A stretch of 63,306 nt of DNA from an uncultured Coprobacillus sp. (GTDB lineage Bacteria; Bacillota_I; Bacilli_A; Erysipelotrichales; Coprobacillaceae). The position numbers and the translations under genes were made by a program. Below the pieces are notes generated by a model. That model had not been told where the DNA came from. It did no database searches and saw only the letters and a list, made by a program, of their open reading frames with translations. The stretch spans positions 1 through 63,306 of the forward strand of contig CAYSWW010000001.1 in NCBI GenBank assembly GCA_964434915.1. Direction: 5' to 3'. Of this stretch, positions 43,340 through 54,529 are shown piece after piece (position 1 is the first letter of the stretch; the number at the start of each line of letters is the position of its first letter).

Positions 43340-43372
43340 GAAATCACTCGTTGATGAGTGGTTTCTTTTCTC
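43340..43372 (+). terminator. Rho-independent terminator
   Basis: GAAATCACTC / GAGTGGTTTC stem (one G-U pair) followed by TTTTCTC. Confidence 0.6.
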
Positions 43373-43396
43373 AATGATTATGTAAAGATAAACATA

Positions 43397-43984
43397 ATGA
43401 AGACATATACAAATAAAGAATTAACAGTATATATTGATCATGCTGTACTTGATTTAGATGTGATTGAAATTGCTAAAGATGACATTCATGGTAGTGAATT
43501 ATTATTATGTGTTGTATTGGATTTTTTATTTGGCTCATATCAGAGTTTCACAAAAATACAACAGTGCCGAGATGTGATTCGTGTGGGTGGTATTTTTGAA
43601 ATAGATATGGTTGACAACTATGACATAATCAAAAAACGAGATTTCGATTATATCAGTGAAGAAATGAGACAAGTGAGTGAAATCAGTCATCAAAAATCAT
43701 GAAAGATAAAAGTTATTGTAGAAACGGATGTTTTTATTCAAGAAGCAGCAGAAATAGAAGTGTTAGAATGCTGGGTGAAAGAACATGCTGATTTTATTAA
43801 AACATTTATAGGTTATTTTAAGGTTGCTCATAATGGTGGAACAACACCTGAAATTATTCAATTTCTTGTTGAAAAAGTTAATGGAAGAATGAATGTTAAA
43901 GATTTTGGCTGTGTACGTTCTAGCGAATATCTTATTGAATTAGAAAGGTGTAGGATGCAGTTTTATACAAAAGCTATTCACTGA
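43397..43984 (+). pseudogene. Unknown-function gene interrupted by a single in-frame TGA
   Basis: ORFs 43358..43702 and 43760..43984 share a frame. The only stop between them is TGA at 43700-43702. Confidence 0.5.
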
Positions 43985-44001
43985 TTAAGGGGGTATGAAT
44001 A

Positions 44002-44655
44002 ATGGCTAAAGCTGTTATTTTTGATATGGATGGATTGATGATTGACACAGAAGTCGTGAATTATCGATTTTTCAGGAGATTTTTTCAAACGATAGGCTTT
44101 CATCTCTCACTTGATGATTACTGTCTTTGTTTTACTGGTAAATCTATTGATGGTGGATTGAATTCGGTGAGAGAACTCTATCATCTTGACTTTCAAAATG
44201 AAGATTTCAGAAAATATTTTCAAAACTTTCATGAAGAATGGGAAAATCAGGTTGTTCCCTTAAAACCAGGATTGGAAGAGCTCTTACAAGACTTAAAAAC
44301 ACAAGATATGAAATTGGCTGTTGCGACTTCTAGTGATAGACAAAGGGTTCATCGTCTTTTTCAACCTTATTCCATTTTCAAATATTTTGATGCAGTTGTA
44401 TGTGGAACAGATGTCAAAGCCGGCAAACCAGCTCCTGATATTTTTTTAAAGGCTTGTGAGAAACTTTCAGTTAAGCCAAATGAGGCTTTGGTACTAGAAG
44501 ATAGTGAAACGGGCATTGAAGCAGCCTATCGTGCTAATATACCTGTCATTTGTATTCCGGATTTAAAGCAACCAGACGAGAAACATGCACGTATGACTAT
44601 GGATATTTTACGATCTTTAAGTGAAGTGATTGATGTGTTAAGAAGGATGAAATGA
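44002..44655 (+). CDS. HAD-IA family hydrolase (beta-phosphoglucomutase/sugar-phosphatase-like)
   Basis: AVIFDMDGLMIDTE, TSS, K...EDSETGIEAA motifs. Confidence 0.85.
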   Translation: MAKAVIFDMDGLMIDTEVVNYRFFRRFFQTIGFHLSLDDYCLCFTGKSIDGGLNSVRELYHLDFQNEDFRKYFQNFHEEWENQVVPLKPGLEELLQDLKTQDMKLAVATSSDRQRVHRLFQPYSIFKYFDAVVCGTDVKAGKPAPDIFLKACEKLSVKPNEALVLEDSETGIEAAYRANIPVICIPDLKQPDEKHARMTMDILRSLSEVIDVLRRMK

Positions 44656-45700
44656 TGCCAAAGAATTTTTTATGGGGAAGTTCTATTAGTAGGGGCGACT
44701 TGAAGGAGCGAGAAGTGAAACTGTCGTCGATTTAATTCCTGCTGGTAAGGATACTTGGTTTCAATATTGAGATAATCCAGGCATCTATATGGTAAGACTG
44801 GCAGACTTTTATCTTTTATAAAAAGGTCTGGAAATTTATGAGAATGATAAGGAAGACATTGCTTTATATGCTCAATGGGATTCAAAGCTTTACGTTTTTC
44901 AATGCTCTGATCAAAAATCTTTGATATCCAATAAAGAAGGATTATAGCTTTATGATCATGTCATTAACGAATAAATCAAACATCATATTGAATTTATTAT
45001 TATAACGATTTATTTTGATATACTGGTATAGGTGGTAGAAAAATATCATGATTTTCATATAAAAAAGGTGTTGAACTTTATGAACATTATGTCGAAACGA
45101 TTGTTCAAAAAGGACAAAACAGGGAGAAAATCCTTCACCAATGTGCCCACCATTAACTGCTAGCCAATGCTATTTGAGTCAAAGTATGTCATGAGATAGA
45201 TAATTCACCCAATGTTGGCTGTGAGGTAGCTAGGGTACCATGTATCGTCAAAGGATTATCAATTGCTGATAAAAGCAGATTGTTGTAATTATCGATATAT
45301 GGATGTGATGGTGAAAGGTCATTTTCCTTATTGTTTTAAAAAAACTTTAACAATTTCATATAGAAATGCTTGAAGAAGATATTCAGATCATTCAAAAGAA
45401 TACTTTAAATTTTATTGTTGTTTCATACTATAAAAGTGATGTCGCTTCCAGTGAAAGAATCATAACTGGAGCTAACTCCTTTTGGGTGGACGATAGGATA
45501 GATACAGTGGGATTAATAATTATGCTGAATCAGATATATGAAAGATATGAAATGCTCATCATGATTGTCAAAAATGGATTTAGAACTTGCGATTGAAGAT
45601 ATGTTGATCGCCAAGATGATGGTAGTGATGCATAAAAAGTATTTCCAAGGTTTCTTTATATTGGTATTAGCGTTTCATTAAAGAAAATTCTTAATGGAAA
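44652..45700 (+). pseudogene. GH1 6-phospho-beta-glucosidase pseudogene (many frameshifts and stops, C-terminally truncated)
   Basis: Starts MMPKNFLWGSS. Fragments DKEDIALYAQ and FIVVSYYKS..., then YERYEMLIMIVKNGF in place of the VENGLG nucleophile region. Confidence 0.75.
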
Positions 45701-45704
45701 AACA

Positions 45705-45737
45705 AAAAGTAGGATGCAAAAAATTCTACTTTTTTTG
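45705..45737 (+). terminator. Rho-independent terminator
   Basis: AAAAGTAG / CTACTTTT stem followed by a T run. Confidence 0.55.
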
Positions 45738-45761
45738 ATGTTATGAACACTTTTTTTGTCA

Positions 45762-45778
45762 TGGCACAATGTGTGCCA
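45762..45778 (+). promoter_or_regulatory. Second copy of the sigma54-like / palindromic element
   Basis: TGGCACA-atg-TGTGCCA, with the same TTTTTTGT..ATGGCACA context as at 41780. About 100 nt upstream of ATG 45879. Confidence 0.4.
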
Positions 45779-45878
45779 AGAATATGTGTAGAAATGATTT
45801 CTCATATTTATTAAAATATATATGTAGATGAATATGGAATTTTATCGTTTGAGTAAACGTTTACTTTTGGAGGGTATT

Positions 45879-46529
45879 ATGGAAAAATTATTATGTCCGA
45901 GTATGATGTGTGCCAATTTTGGGTATTTAGAAAAAGAAGTGAGAGATTTAGAAGAAGGTGGTATTGACATTTTTCATTTAGATGTCATGGATGGAAGCTT
46001 TGTTCCGAATTTTGGAATGGGACTCCAAGATATTGAATATATCGTGAAGACAGCAACAAAACCATGTGATGTCCATTTGATGGTGACAAAACCAAGTGAT
46101 TATATTCAGAAATTTGCAGATATTGGTGTTCAGATTATTTATATTCATCCTGAAACTGATCATCATATTACAAGAACTTTACAGATGATTAAAGATGCAG
46201 GTGTCAAAGCAGGTATTGCAGTGAATCCAGGAACATCTTTTGAAACTGTGAAAGAAACATTAAGTCTTGTAGATTATGTTTTGGTTATGAGTGTGAATCC
46301 AGGTTTTGCAGGACAAAAATATTTATCTTTCGTTGATCATAAATTTGACCAATTTTGTGAGGTTAAAGACCAATACAAATATAAGGTGATGATTGATGGA
46401 GCGTGTTCACCAGAAAGAATTGCGACTTTATCCAAAATAGGTGTTGATGGTTTTATCTTAGGAACATCAGCTTTATTTGGAAAAGAAAAGGGTTATCAGG
46501 AGATTTGTCAGGAACTTAGAAAACTATAA
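45879..46529 (+). CDS. Ribulose-phosphate 3-epimerase family enzyme (AlsE/Rpe-like)
   Basis: ORF 45828..46529; ATG 45879 follows GGAGGG. HLDVMDG, VHLMV, MSVNPGFAGQ motifs. Confidence 0.85.
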   Translation: MEKLLCPSMMCANFGYLEKEVRDLEEGGIDIFHLDVMDGSFVPNFGMGLQDIEYIVKTATKPCDVHLMVTKPSDYIQKFADIGVQIIYIHPETDHHITRTLQMIKDAGVKAGIAVNPGTSFETVKETLSLVDYVLVMSVNPGFAGQKYLSFVDHKFDQFCEVKDQYKYKVMIDGACSPERIATLSKIGVDGFILGTSALFGKEKGYQEICQELRKL

Positions 46530-46549
46530 AATAAAGGAGGAAAGTTATA

Positions 46550-46849
46550 ATGAATATTTTATTAGTATGTGCAGCAGGAATGTCTACAAGTTTACTTGTG
46601 ACACGTATGGAAGGTGCTGCAAAAGAGAAGGGATTATCTGTACATATTGAAGCTCATCCTGTTGGAAATATTGATAAATATGGAAATCAGGCTGATATCA
46701 TATTGTTGGGACCACAAGTACGTTATCAATTAAAAAATATTCAAAAGAAATATGCGGATAAACCAGTAGAAGTCATCGATATGCGAGATTATGGCATGAT
46801 GAATGGAGCGAAAGTTCTTGATCATGCTTTACAGGTTTTAGGAAAGTAG
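46550..46849 (+). CDS. PTS lactose/cellobiose family EIIB
   Basis: MNILLVCAAGMSTSLLV active-site Cys. Confidence 0.85.
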   Translation: MNILLVCAAGMSTSLLVTRMEGAAKEKGLSVHIEAHPVGNIDKYGNQADIILLGPQVRYQLKNIQKKYADKPVEVIDMRDYGMMNGAKVLDHALQVLGK

Positions 46850-46856
46850 GGAAACT

Positions 46857-47789
46857 ATGACTATAACACGTTTAATAAGTGCTACAGGTGAAGATATTGA
46901 AAAAATGTCACCAATGGAGCTCAAAAAATCCATTTTGAAATCAGAAAGGCGTGTTGTCATGGGTCAACATCTCTTGTTTGCAGGGAATGGTTTAGTGAGA
47001 GGTGTGACGAATAGTGAACTGATGTTTGCTTTTGGGGCAGATATGGTGATGTTGAATACTTTTGATTTAGATCATCTTGATCAAAATCCTGGTCTTTGTG
47101 GTTTGTCTTTTCAGGAATTGAAACAAAAATGTCGTCGACCGATAGGTATTTATCTAGGATGTCCAAAAGTTGGCAGTGATGATGGAGGAAAAAAGGTTCT
47201 CTATCGTAGAGAAGGTATGCTGGCAAGTGATGAACACGTTCAAAAATGTATTGATTTAGGTGTGGATTTTATTGTCTTAGGTGGTAATCCAGGAAGTGGA
47301 ACTTCGATTTGTGATATTGTAGAAGCAACAAAAAGAATTAAAGCTAAATTTCAGGACTCAATCTTTGTGTTTGCAGGAAAATGGGAAGATGGGGTTGATG
47401 AAAAAGTTTTAGGAGATCCTCTTGCTGATTACGACAGCAAGACTATTATTAAAGAATTGATTGATGCAGGTGCAGATTGCATTGATTTACCTGCACCAGG
47501 ATCTAGACATGGTATTACAACAGAAATGATTAGAGAATTGGTTGAATATATTCATCGTTATAAACCAGGAACATTGGCTATGACGTTTTTAAACAGTTCT
47601 GTCGAATGTGCAGATCTAGATACAATTCGTTTGATTGCATTAAAAATGAAAGAAACAGGTGCTGATATTCATGCCATTGGTGATGGTGGGTTTGGCGGTT
47701 GTACTTCACCGGAAAATATCCATCAGTTATCTGTTTCATTAAAAGGGAAACAATATACATATTTTAGAATGGCAAGTGTGAACAGATAG
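46857..47789 (+). CDS. Conserved protein of unknown function (predicted alpha/beta-barrel-like), paralog of 50907..51842
   Basis: 310 aa. Shared blocks ELMFAFGADMV, GIYLGCP, LGGNPGSGTS, FAGKWEDG..EKVLGDPLADYD, PAPGSRHGIT, HAIGDGGFGG. Confidence 0.7.
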   Translation: MTITRLISATGEDIEKMSPMELKKSILKSERRVVMGQHLLFAGNGLVRGVTNSELMFAFGADMVMLNTFDLDHLDQNPGLCGLSFQELKQKCRRPIGIYLGCPKVGSDDGGKKVLYRREGMLASDEHVQKCIDLGVDFIVLGGNPGSGTSICDIVEATKRIKAKFQDSIFVFAGKWEDGVDEKVLGDPLADYDSKTIIKELIDAGADCIDLPAPGSRHGITTEMIRELVEYIHRYKPGTLAMTFLNSSVECADLDTIRLIALKMKETGADIHAIGDGGFGGCTSPENIHQLSVSLKGKQYTYFRMASVNR

Positions 47790-47801
47790 GAGAAAGTATA
47801 T

Positions 47802-48260
47802 ATGATGAAAATAGGAATTGGAAATGATCATGTTGCTGTGGAGTATAAAAAACAGATTAGTGAATATATCAAAGAAAAGTATGGCTATGAAGTCATTAAT
47901 TATGGGACTGATTCTACAGAAAGATTCAATTATCCCGTTGCTGGAGAAGCTGTGGCTAATGCAGTTGTCAGTGGTGAAGTGGATAAAGGCATTATCATTT
48001 GTGGAACAGGTATAGGCATTTCATTAGCAGCTAATAAGGTTAATGGAATCAGATGTGTGACATGCAGTGAACCATACTCAGCATTGTTGTCACGTCAGCA
48101 TAACAATACCAATATGTTGGCATTTGGAGCAAGAGTTGTTGGTATGGAATTAGCAAAAATGATTGTTGATGCATGGCTGAGCGGTGAGTATGAAGGTGGT
48201 AGACACCAGGTAAGAATTGATATGATCAAAGATATTGAAGAAAGACAAAAAAGTCGTTAG
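47802..48260 (+). CDS. RpiB/LacA/LacB family sugar-phosphate isomerase
   Basis: KIGIGNDH and CGTGIGISLAANKVNGIRC motifs. Confidence 0.85.
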   Translation: MMKIGIGNDHVAVEYKKQISEYIKEKYGYEVINYGTDSTERFNYPVAGEAVANAVVSGEVDKGIIICGTGIGISLAANKVNGIRCVTCSEPYSALLSRQHNNTNMLAFGARVVGMELAKMIVDAWLSGEYEGGRHQVRIDMIKDIEERQKSR

Positions 48261-48291
48261 TTTTCAATATCTTAAGCATATATAAAGTATC

Positions 48292-48429
48292 TATAATCAA
48301 CAATTGGAAACGACTGATTGAAAATGTTTATGCAAATGTGCTTATCAGTGAAAATCTAAACATCTCCTTGATTGATATAAAGATAAACAAAACAGTCAGT
48401 GTGATATTTTGACCCAATTGTTGATTATA
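48292..48429 (+). promoter_or_regulatory. 138-bp element bounded by 16-bp perfect inverted repeats in the GH1 leader
   Basis: TATAATCAACAATTGG (48292-48307) and CCAATTGTTGATTATA (48414-48429). An internal CTCCTT (48364-69) is complementary to the AAGGAG RBS (48443-48). Confidence 0.45.
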
Positions 48430-48436
48430 AATGTAA

Positions 48437-49912
<1,476 letters not shown>

Positions 49913-49925
49913 TATAGAGTGAATT

Positions 49926-49968
49926 TGTATCTGAAATATTGAGATAATATTTCAGATACATTGTTATT
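49926..49968. terminator. Strong hairpin terminator between convergent genes
   Basis: 15-bp stem TGTATCTGAAATATT / AATATTTCAGATACA. Confidence 0.8.
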
Positions 49969-50031
49969 GGGAAAAATATGAAATGGAGAAATAAAGATGA
50001 GTATTCCTGATGGATTTCTTTTGTGTTCAAG

Positions 50032-50823
50032 TCACACTAGAGGATCATAAGTATTATTCTTTTTAAAATATAAAGCCATATAGAGAACATCGATAATGTA
50101 ATGAATGGACATGCCATATAACGTAATTCCAAAAGGTAAATGATGACGATAGGAGTCAATATATAAACTTTCATTGCAAATTAAATCTAAAGTAGGGTCT
50201 AATTTACCTGTGATTCCAATCACGCGAATACGTTTTTTTCTTAAGGCATATGCAGCATCAACCATTGTTTTGTTGTTGCCGGAATGACTAACCACAAAAG
50301 AGAGAATATCAGCAGGACGAATGGTTTCTAAATAAGAAGTGTTCAAGGTATTGAAAGCTTGAGCACGAATACCTATATTAGAGAGTTTCAAACAAGCTGA
50401 TTGAATCTCAGAATAATTGTTGTCATTAGCGTAAAAATCAATCTGTTTGGCTTCCATCATGTAGTTGACCGTTCTGATAAAAGATTCAGTCTTTGTCAAT
50501 TTCTTGGTTCTCATAAAAACATGATAATAGATGTCTGGTAAGACATCGATGATATCTTTGATTGAACTGTTTTGATCAATACGATAATCTTTTGTTTCAT
50601 TGAACATCATATGTTCCTGACTATAAGTTAATTGAAAATCATGATAACCTTGAAAACCTAATTTTTTAACGAAACGAACCATTGTCGGCGGACTGACATA
50701 AATGAGCTTGGAAAGCTCTTTCGCGTTATGCTGTAAAACGGATTCGGGATGTTCTTGAATATAGCTGACAATAGCTTTTTCTTGGGGTGTCAGTTTAACG
50801 TGTTGAATATAATCTTGAATCAT
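50032..50823 (-). CDS. MurR/RpiR family transcriptional regulator
   Basis: SPPTMVRFVKKLGFQGY HTH plus a SIS domain (VVSHSGNN). Confidence 0.85.
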   Translation of the reverse strand: MIQDYIQHVKLTPQEKAIVSYIQEHPESVLQHNAKELSKLIYVSPPTMVRFVKKLGFQGYHDFQLTYSQEHMMFNETKDYRIDQNSSIKDIIDVLPDIYYHVFMRTKKLTKTESFIRTVNYMMEAKQIDFYANDNNYSEIQSACLKLSNIGIRAQAFNTLNTSYLETIRPADILSFVVSHSGNNKTMVDAAYALRKKRIRVIGITGKLDPTLDLICNESLYIDSYRHHLPFGITLYGMSIHYIIDVLYMALYFKKNNTYDPLV

Positions 50824-50863
50824 GAAATCACCTCGTTATGATTTTAACATAGAACAAGCAAAA

Positions 50864-50879
50864 GAGAAAACGTTTTCTC
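50864..50879. promoter_or_regulatory. Perfect 16-bp palindrome (cre-like / operator) in the divergent intergenic region
   Basis: GAGAAAACGTTTTCTC. The core AGAAAACGTTTTCT is close to the CcpA cre pattern TGWAANCGNTNWCA. Confidence 0.45.
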
Positions 50880-50906
50880 GTAAAATGAAGAAAGGAAGAA
50901 TACATA

Positions 50907-51842
50907 ATGGAATTACATGACACTATTACAAGATTAATAAGTGCTAAGCCTTCACAGATTTCTACTTATTCAGGAAGAGATTTAAAAGAATCTATCTTGA
51001 AATCAGAAGGACGTGTTCTGATGGGCCAGACATACTTAAAAAATCCAATTTTATTTCCCAATTGTACCATTACGGAATTAATGTTTGCTTTTGGAGCGGA
51101 TATGGTTTTATTAAATGGTTTTGATCTTCACAATCCTCAAAGCTGTCCGGGTTTACAGGGCTTTGATTATCAAAGTCTTAAAGATTTGGTAGGAGGTAGA
51201 CCGGTAGGTATTTATTTGGGATGCCCTCGTGCTGATATTGATTTGAATAGTTCACGTTTTGATGAGTTAAAAGGAATGGTTTGTACACTTGAAAATCTTC
51301 AGAAAATTAAAGAATGGGGTGTATCGTTTTTGATTTTAGGTGGGAATCCAGGTAGTGGAACTTCCATTGAGAATGTTATCAAATGGACCAAAATCGCTCG
51401 TGAAGTTTGTGGAGATGATATGTTGATTTTTGCTGGAAAATGGGAAGATGGCATTGTTGAAAAGGTTCTAGGAGATCCACTGGCTGATTATGATGCTTAT
51501 GAAATAATTGATCAACTGATTCATTCTGGTGCCGATATTATTGATTTTCCAGCTCCAGGATCACGTCACGGAATCACTGTTGAACGTATTCGTGAATTGA
51601 TTGAGCATACGCATCGTCAAGGAGCTTTAGCGATGTCCTTTTTAAATAGCAATGTTGAAGCAGCTGATGTCGAGACTATTCGTCAAATTACATTGATGAT
51701 GAAGCAGACAGGATGTGATGTTCATGCGATTGGTGACGGTGGATTTGGTGGCGGAACATGGCCTGAAAATATCTATCAGATGTCTATCACATTGAAGGGA
51801 AAAGCGTATACTTGGGCTCAGATGGCAACGCCAAGACGTTGA
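50907..51842 (+). CDS. Conserved protein of unknown function, paralog of 46857..47789
   Basis: 311 aa, more than half identical by eye to the 46857..47789 product, with the same conserved blocks. Confidence 0.7.
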   Translation: MELHDTITRLISAKPSQISTYSGRDLKESILKSEGRVLMGQTYLKNPILFPNCTITELMFAFGADMVLLNGFDLHNPQSCPGLQGFDYQSLKDLVGGRPVGIYLGCPRADIDLNSSRFDELKGMVCTLENLQKIKEWGVSFLILGGNPGSGTSIENVIKWTKIAREVCGDDMLIFAGKWEDGIVEKVLGDPLADYDAYEIIDQLIHSGADIIDFPAPGSRHGITVERIRELIEHTHRQGALAMSFLNSNVEAADVETIRQITLMMKQTGCDVHAIGDGGFGGGTWPENIYQMSITLKGKAYTWAQMATPRR

Positions 51843-51963
51843 TTTTGAAATTGAATTTCATTGTTGAAAATAACGGATGGAATCGAATTTCTTTTTGGTT
51901 TCATTGTCTATTTTTTATTGTTTCTCTTTTATAAAATGAGGATAAATTAAGGAGGAAGATAAA

Positions 51964-52986
51964 ATGTTAGTTGTTGCTTATATTGGTTTTGGTAATAGTG
52001 TGTGTCGTTATCATTTGCCTTATGTTGAAAGAAGAAAAGACACTATTAAGGTCAAATATATTTTTCGTAGAGAAGAAGATAGAGTTGGAGATGAAGAAAG
52101 AGAAACATGGTATCCTAATATCACTTTTACAACAGATATTAATCAGGTAATGAATGATCCAGAAGTGAATTTGATTGTTGTCAATACACCAGATCAGTTC
52201 CATGTCTCTTATACAATGCAGGCATTGGATCATGGTAAAAACGTCTTATGTGAAAAACCATTTGCGATGACTGCTAAGGAAGCTAGTGAAGTTTTTACTT
52301 ATGCTAAAGAAAAAGGATTAGTTGTGATGGCCAATCAAAACAGACGTTATGATGCGGATATGCGGACAGTCAGAAAAGTCATTGCCTCTGGTGTTCTTGG
52401 AGAAATCTTAGAAGTGGAATCACATTATGATTATTATCGTCCATCTATTGCGGATCATGTTGGTTTTGGAATTCTTTATGTTTTAGCTGTTCATCCAATT
52501 GATCAAATTATTGAACAATTTGGTAAACCAAAGAAAGTTGTTTATGATTGTCGTAGTTTTGATCATCCAGGTGAATCAGATGATTATTATGATATTGATT
52601 TTTTCTATGATCACATGAAAGCTATTGTCAAAACGAGTTACTATGTGAAATTGGATTATCCACGCTTTATCGTACATGGACGTAGGGGAAGTTTTTTGAT
52701 GCCAGCTTTAGGACATCAAAGTTCTCAGAAAGCAAAACCTGGACCAGTTGAAATTAGTTTTGATCCTTTACCAGAAGACAAATGGGGAACTTTATCTTAT
52801 ATTGATGAAAATGGGAAGGATATTACAAAGAAAGTTCCTACAGAAATTCAAGATTATGGTCTCATCTATGACAATTTATATGATGTGATCTTCAATGGTG
52901 GAGAAAAAGTTGTCAAAGATGAAGAAGTGATTGAAGTATTAAAAATTATTGAAGAAGCGACAAAAGTCGCTAAGGAGGCTAAATAA
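51964..52986 (+). CDS. Gfo/Idh/MocA family oxidoreductase
   Basis: IGFGNS Rossmann start and the CEKPF motif. Confidence 0.85.
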   Translation: MLVVAYIGFGNSVCRYHLPYVERRKDTIKVKYIFRREEDRVGDEERETWYPNITFTTDINQVMNDPEVNLIVVNTPDQFHVSYTMQALDHGKNVLCEKPFAMTAKEASEVFTYAKEKGLVVMANQNRRYDADMRTVRKVIASGVLGEILEVESHYDYYRPSIADHVGFGILYVLAVHPIDQIIEQFGKPKKVVYDCRSFDHPGESDDYYDIDFFYDHMKAIVKTSYYVKLDYPRFIVHGRRGSFLMPALGHQSSQKAKPGPVEISFDPLPEDKWGTLSYIDENGKDITKKVPTEIQDYGLIYDNLYDVIFNGGEKVVKDEEVIEVLKIIEEATKVAKEAK

Positions 52987-53975
52987 TGAAGGTTGGGATT
53001 TTAGGAGCTGGCATGATTGTTCATGATTTATTGACATTCATTCATCAGGTTGATGGCGTAGAATTAACAGCTATCTGTGCCTTGCCAGAAGAAAAGGAAA
53101 AAATTGAAGATATGGCTAAAGAACATCATATTGCTTCTACATATGTTGATTATGATGATATGTTAAAGGATGAACAGGTTGAAGTTGTTTATGTGGCTGT
53201 CAATAATCATTTACATTATGAAATGAGTATGAAGGCTTTAAAAGCTCATAAACATGTTATTTGTGAAAAACCATTTACTTCTAATCTTGAAGAATTAGAA
53301 GAATTAAATACCGTCGCAAAAGAAGGAAATTTTCTCTTGTTAGAAGCAATTTCTACACAGTATTTACCAAATGTTTTAAAAATGAAAGAATTGTTGAGTG
53401 AAGTTGGAAATGTTAAAATCGTTTCAGCTAATTATTCACAATATTCTTCACGTTATAATGCATTTAAAGAAGGTAAAATCTTGCCAGCATTTGATGTTAA
53501 CAAGTCTGGTGGGGCTTTAATGGATTTAAATATTTATAATATTCATTTATTAGTGGCATTATTTGGTGAACCACAGCATGTTGAATATCATGCCAATATT
53601 GAAAAAGGTATTGATACTTCAGGGATTATTACTTTAGATTATGGAACATTTAAAGCTGTCTTGATTGGCGCGAAGGATTGTAAAGCACCTATTATGACAA
53701 GCATTCAAGGAAATAAGGGATGTTTCGTTTTAGATACCCCAGCAAATAATGTTTCAAGATTTAAATTGTTAAAAAATGATAAAAGTGAATATGATTATGA
53801 TGAGCAACACGGACAACATCGTATGTATTTTGAATTTGTCGAGTTTGTCAAAATCTTTGAACAAAAAGATTTTGATAGAGCTCAAAAAATGATGCAAAAG
53901 AGTTTAATTGCGATGAAAATTGCAACACTCGCCAGAAAATCAGCAGGCGTTGAATTTTCTGCTGATAAAAGATAA
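52986..53975 (+). CDS. Gfo/Idh/MocA family oxidoreductase
   Basis: Start overlaps the preceding stop. GILGAGMI and CEKPF motifs. Confidence 0.85.
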   Translation: MKVGILGAGMIVHDLLTFIHQVDGVELTAICALPEEKEKIEDMAKEHHIASTYVDYDDMLKDEQVEVVYVAVNNHLHYEMSMKALKAHKHVICEKPFTSNLEELEELNTVAKEGNFLLLEAISTQYLPNVLKMKELLSEVGNVKIVSANYSQYSSRYNAFKEGKILPAFDVNKSGGALMDLNIYNIHLLVALFGEPQHVEYHANIEKGIDTSGIITLDYGTFKAVLIGAKDCKAPIMTSIQGNKGCFVLDTPANNVSRFKLLKNDKSEYDYDEQHGQHRMYFEFVEFVKIFEQKDFDRAQKMMQKSLIAMKIATLARKSAGVEFSADKR

Positions 53976-53992
53976 GGAAAGAAGATGAAAAT

Positions 53993-54496
53993 ATGAAATT
54001 TAATGAAATTATGCATCTCTCATTTTATACAGATCAGATGGATGCAATGAGAGATTTTTATGAAAATAAATTAGGATTAAAAGCAAAGATTATTATGCGC
54101 TATGATGCCTATAAAGGCAATTCCAATCGTGGTGCTTGGGCGAAAAGAGCTGAAACAGATCCAACAGGTATTGCCTATATTTTTATTGAATTAGCCCCTG
54201 GACAATATCTAGAACTTTTCCCAAAAGCTGATAGACAACTGGAACATGAAGCACCTGATACAAGACTTGGTTATTCACATTTTGCTTTAATGGTAGATGA
54301 TATCCATGTAGCTAGAGAAGAGCTTGTCAAAGCGGGTGTTGACATAGATATTGAACCTAATAAGGGTCAATCAGAAACATGGCAAATGTGGATTCATGAT
54401 CCTGATGGGAATAAATTCGAAATTATGCAATATACTGAAAAGTCATTACAACATCATGGTAATATTGCAGAAGATCAGAAAAAATATGGAAAATAA
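53993..54496 (+). CDS. VOC (glyoxalase/bleomycin-resistance/dioxygenase) family protein
   Basis: H..F.......FYE..LG ... GYSHFALMVDD ... DPDGNKFEI pattern. Confidence 0.75.
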   Translation: MKFNEIMHLSFYTDQMDAMRDFYENKLGLKAKIIMRYDAYKGNSNRGAWAKRAETDPTGIAYIFIELAPGQYLELFPKADRQLEHEAPDTRLGYSHFALMVDDIHVAREELVKAGVDIDIEPNKGQSETWQMWIHDPDGNKFEIMQYTEKSLQHHGNIAEDQKKYGK

Positions 54497-54529
54497 GAAT
54501 GCAAGATCATCTTGTATTTTAGCTTGTTG

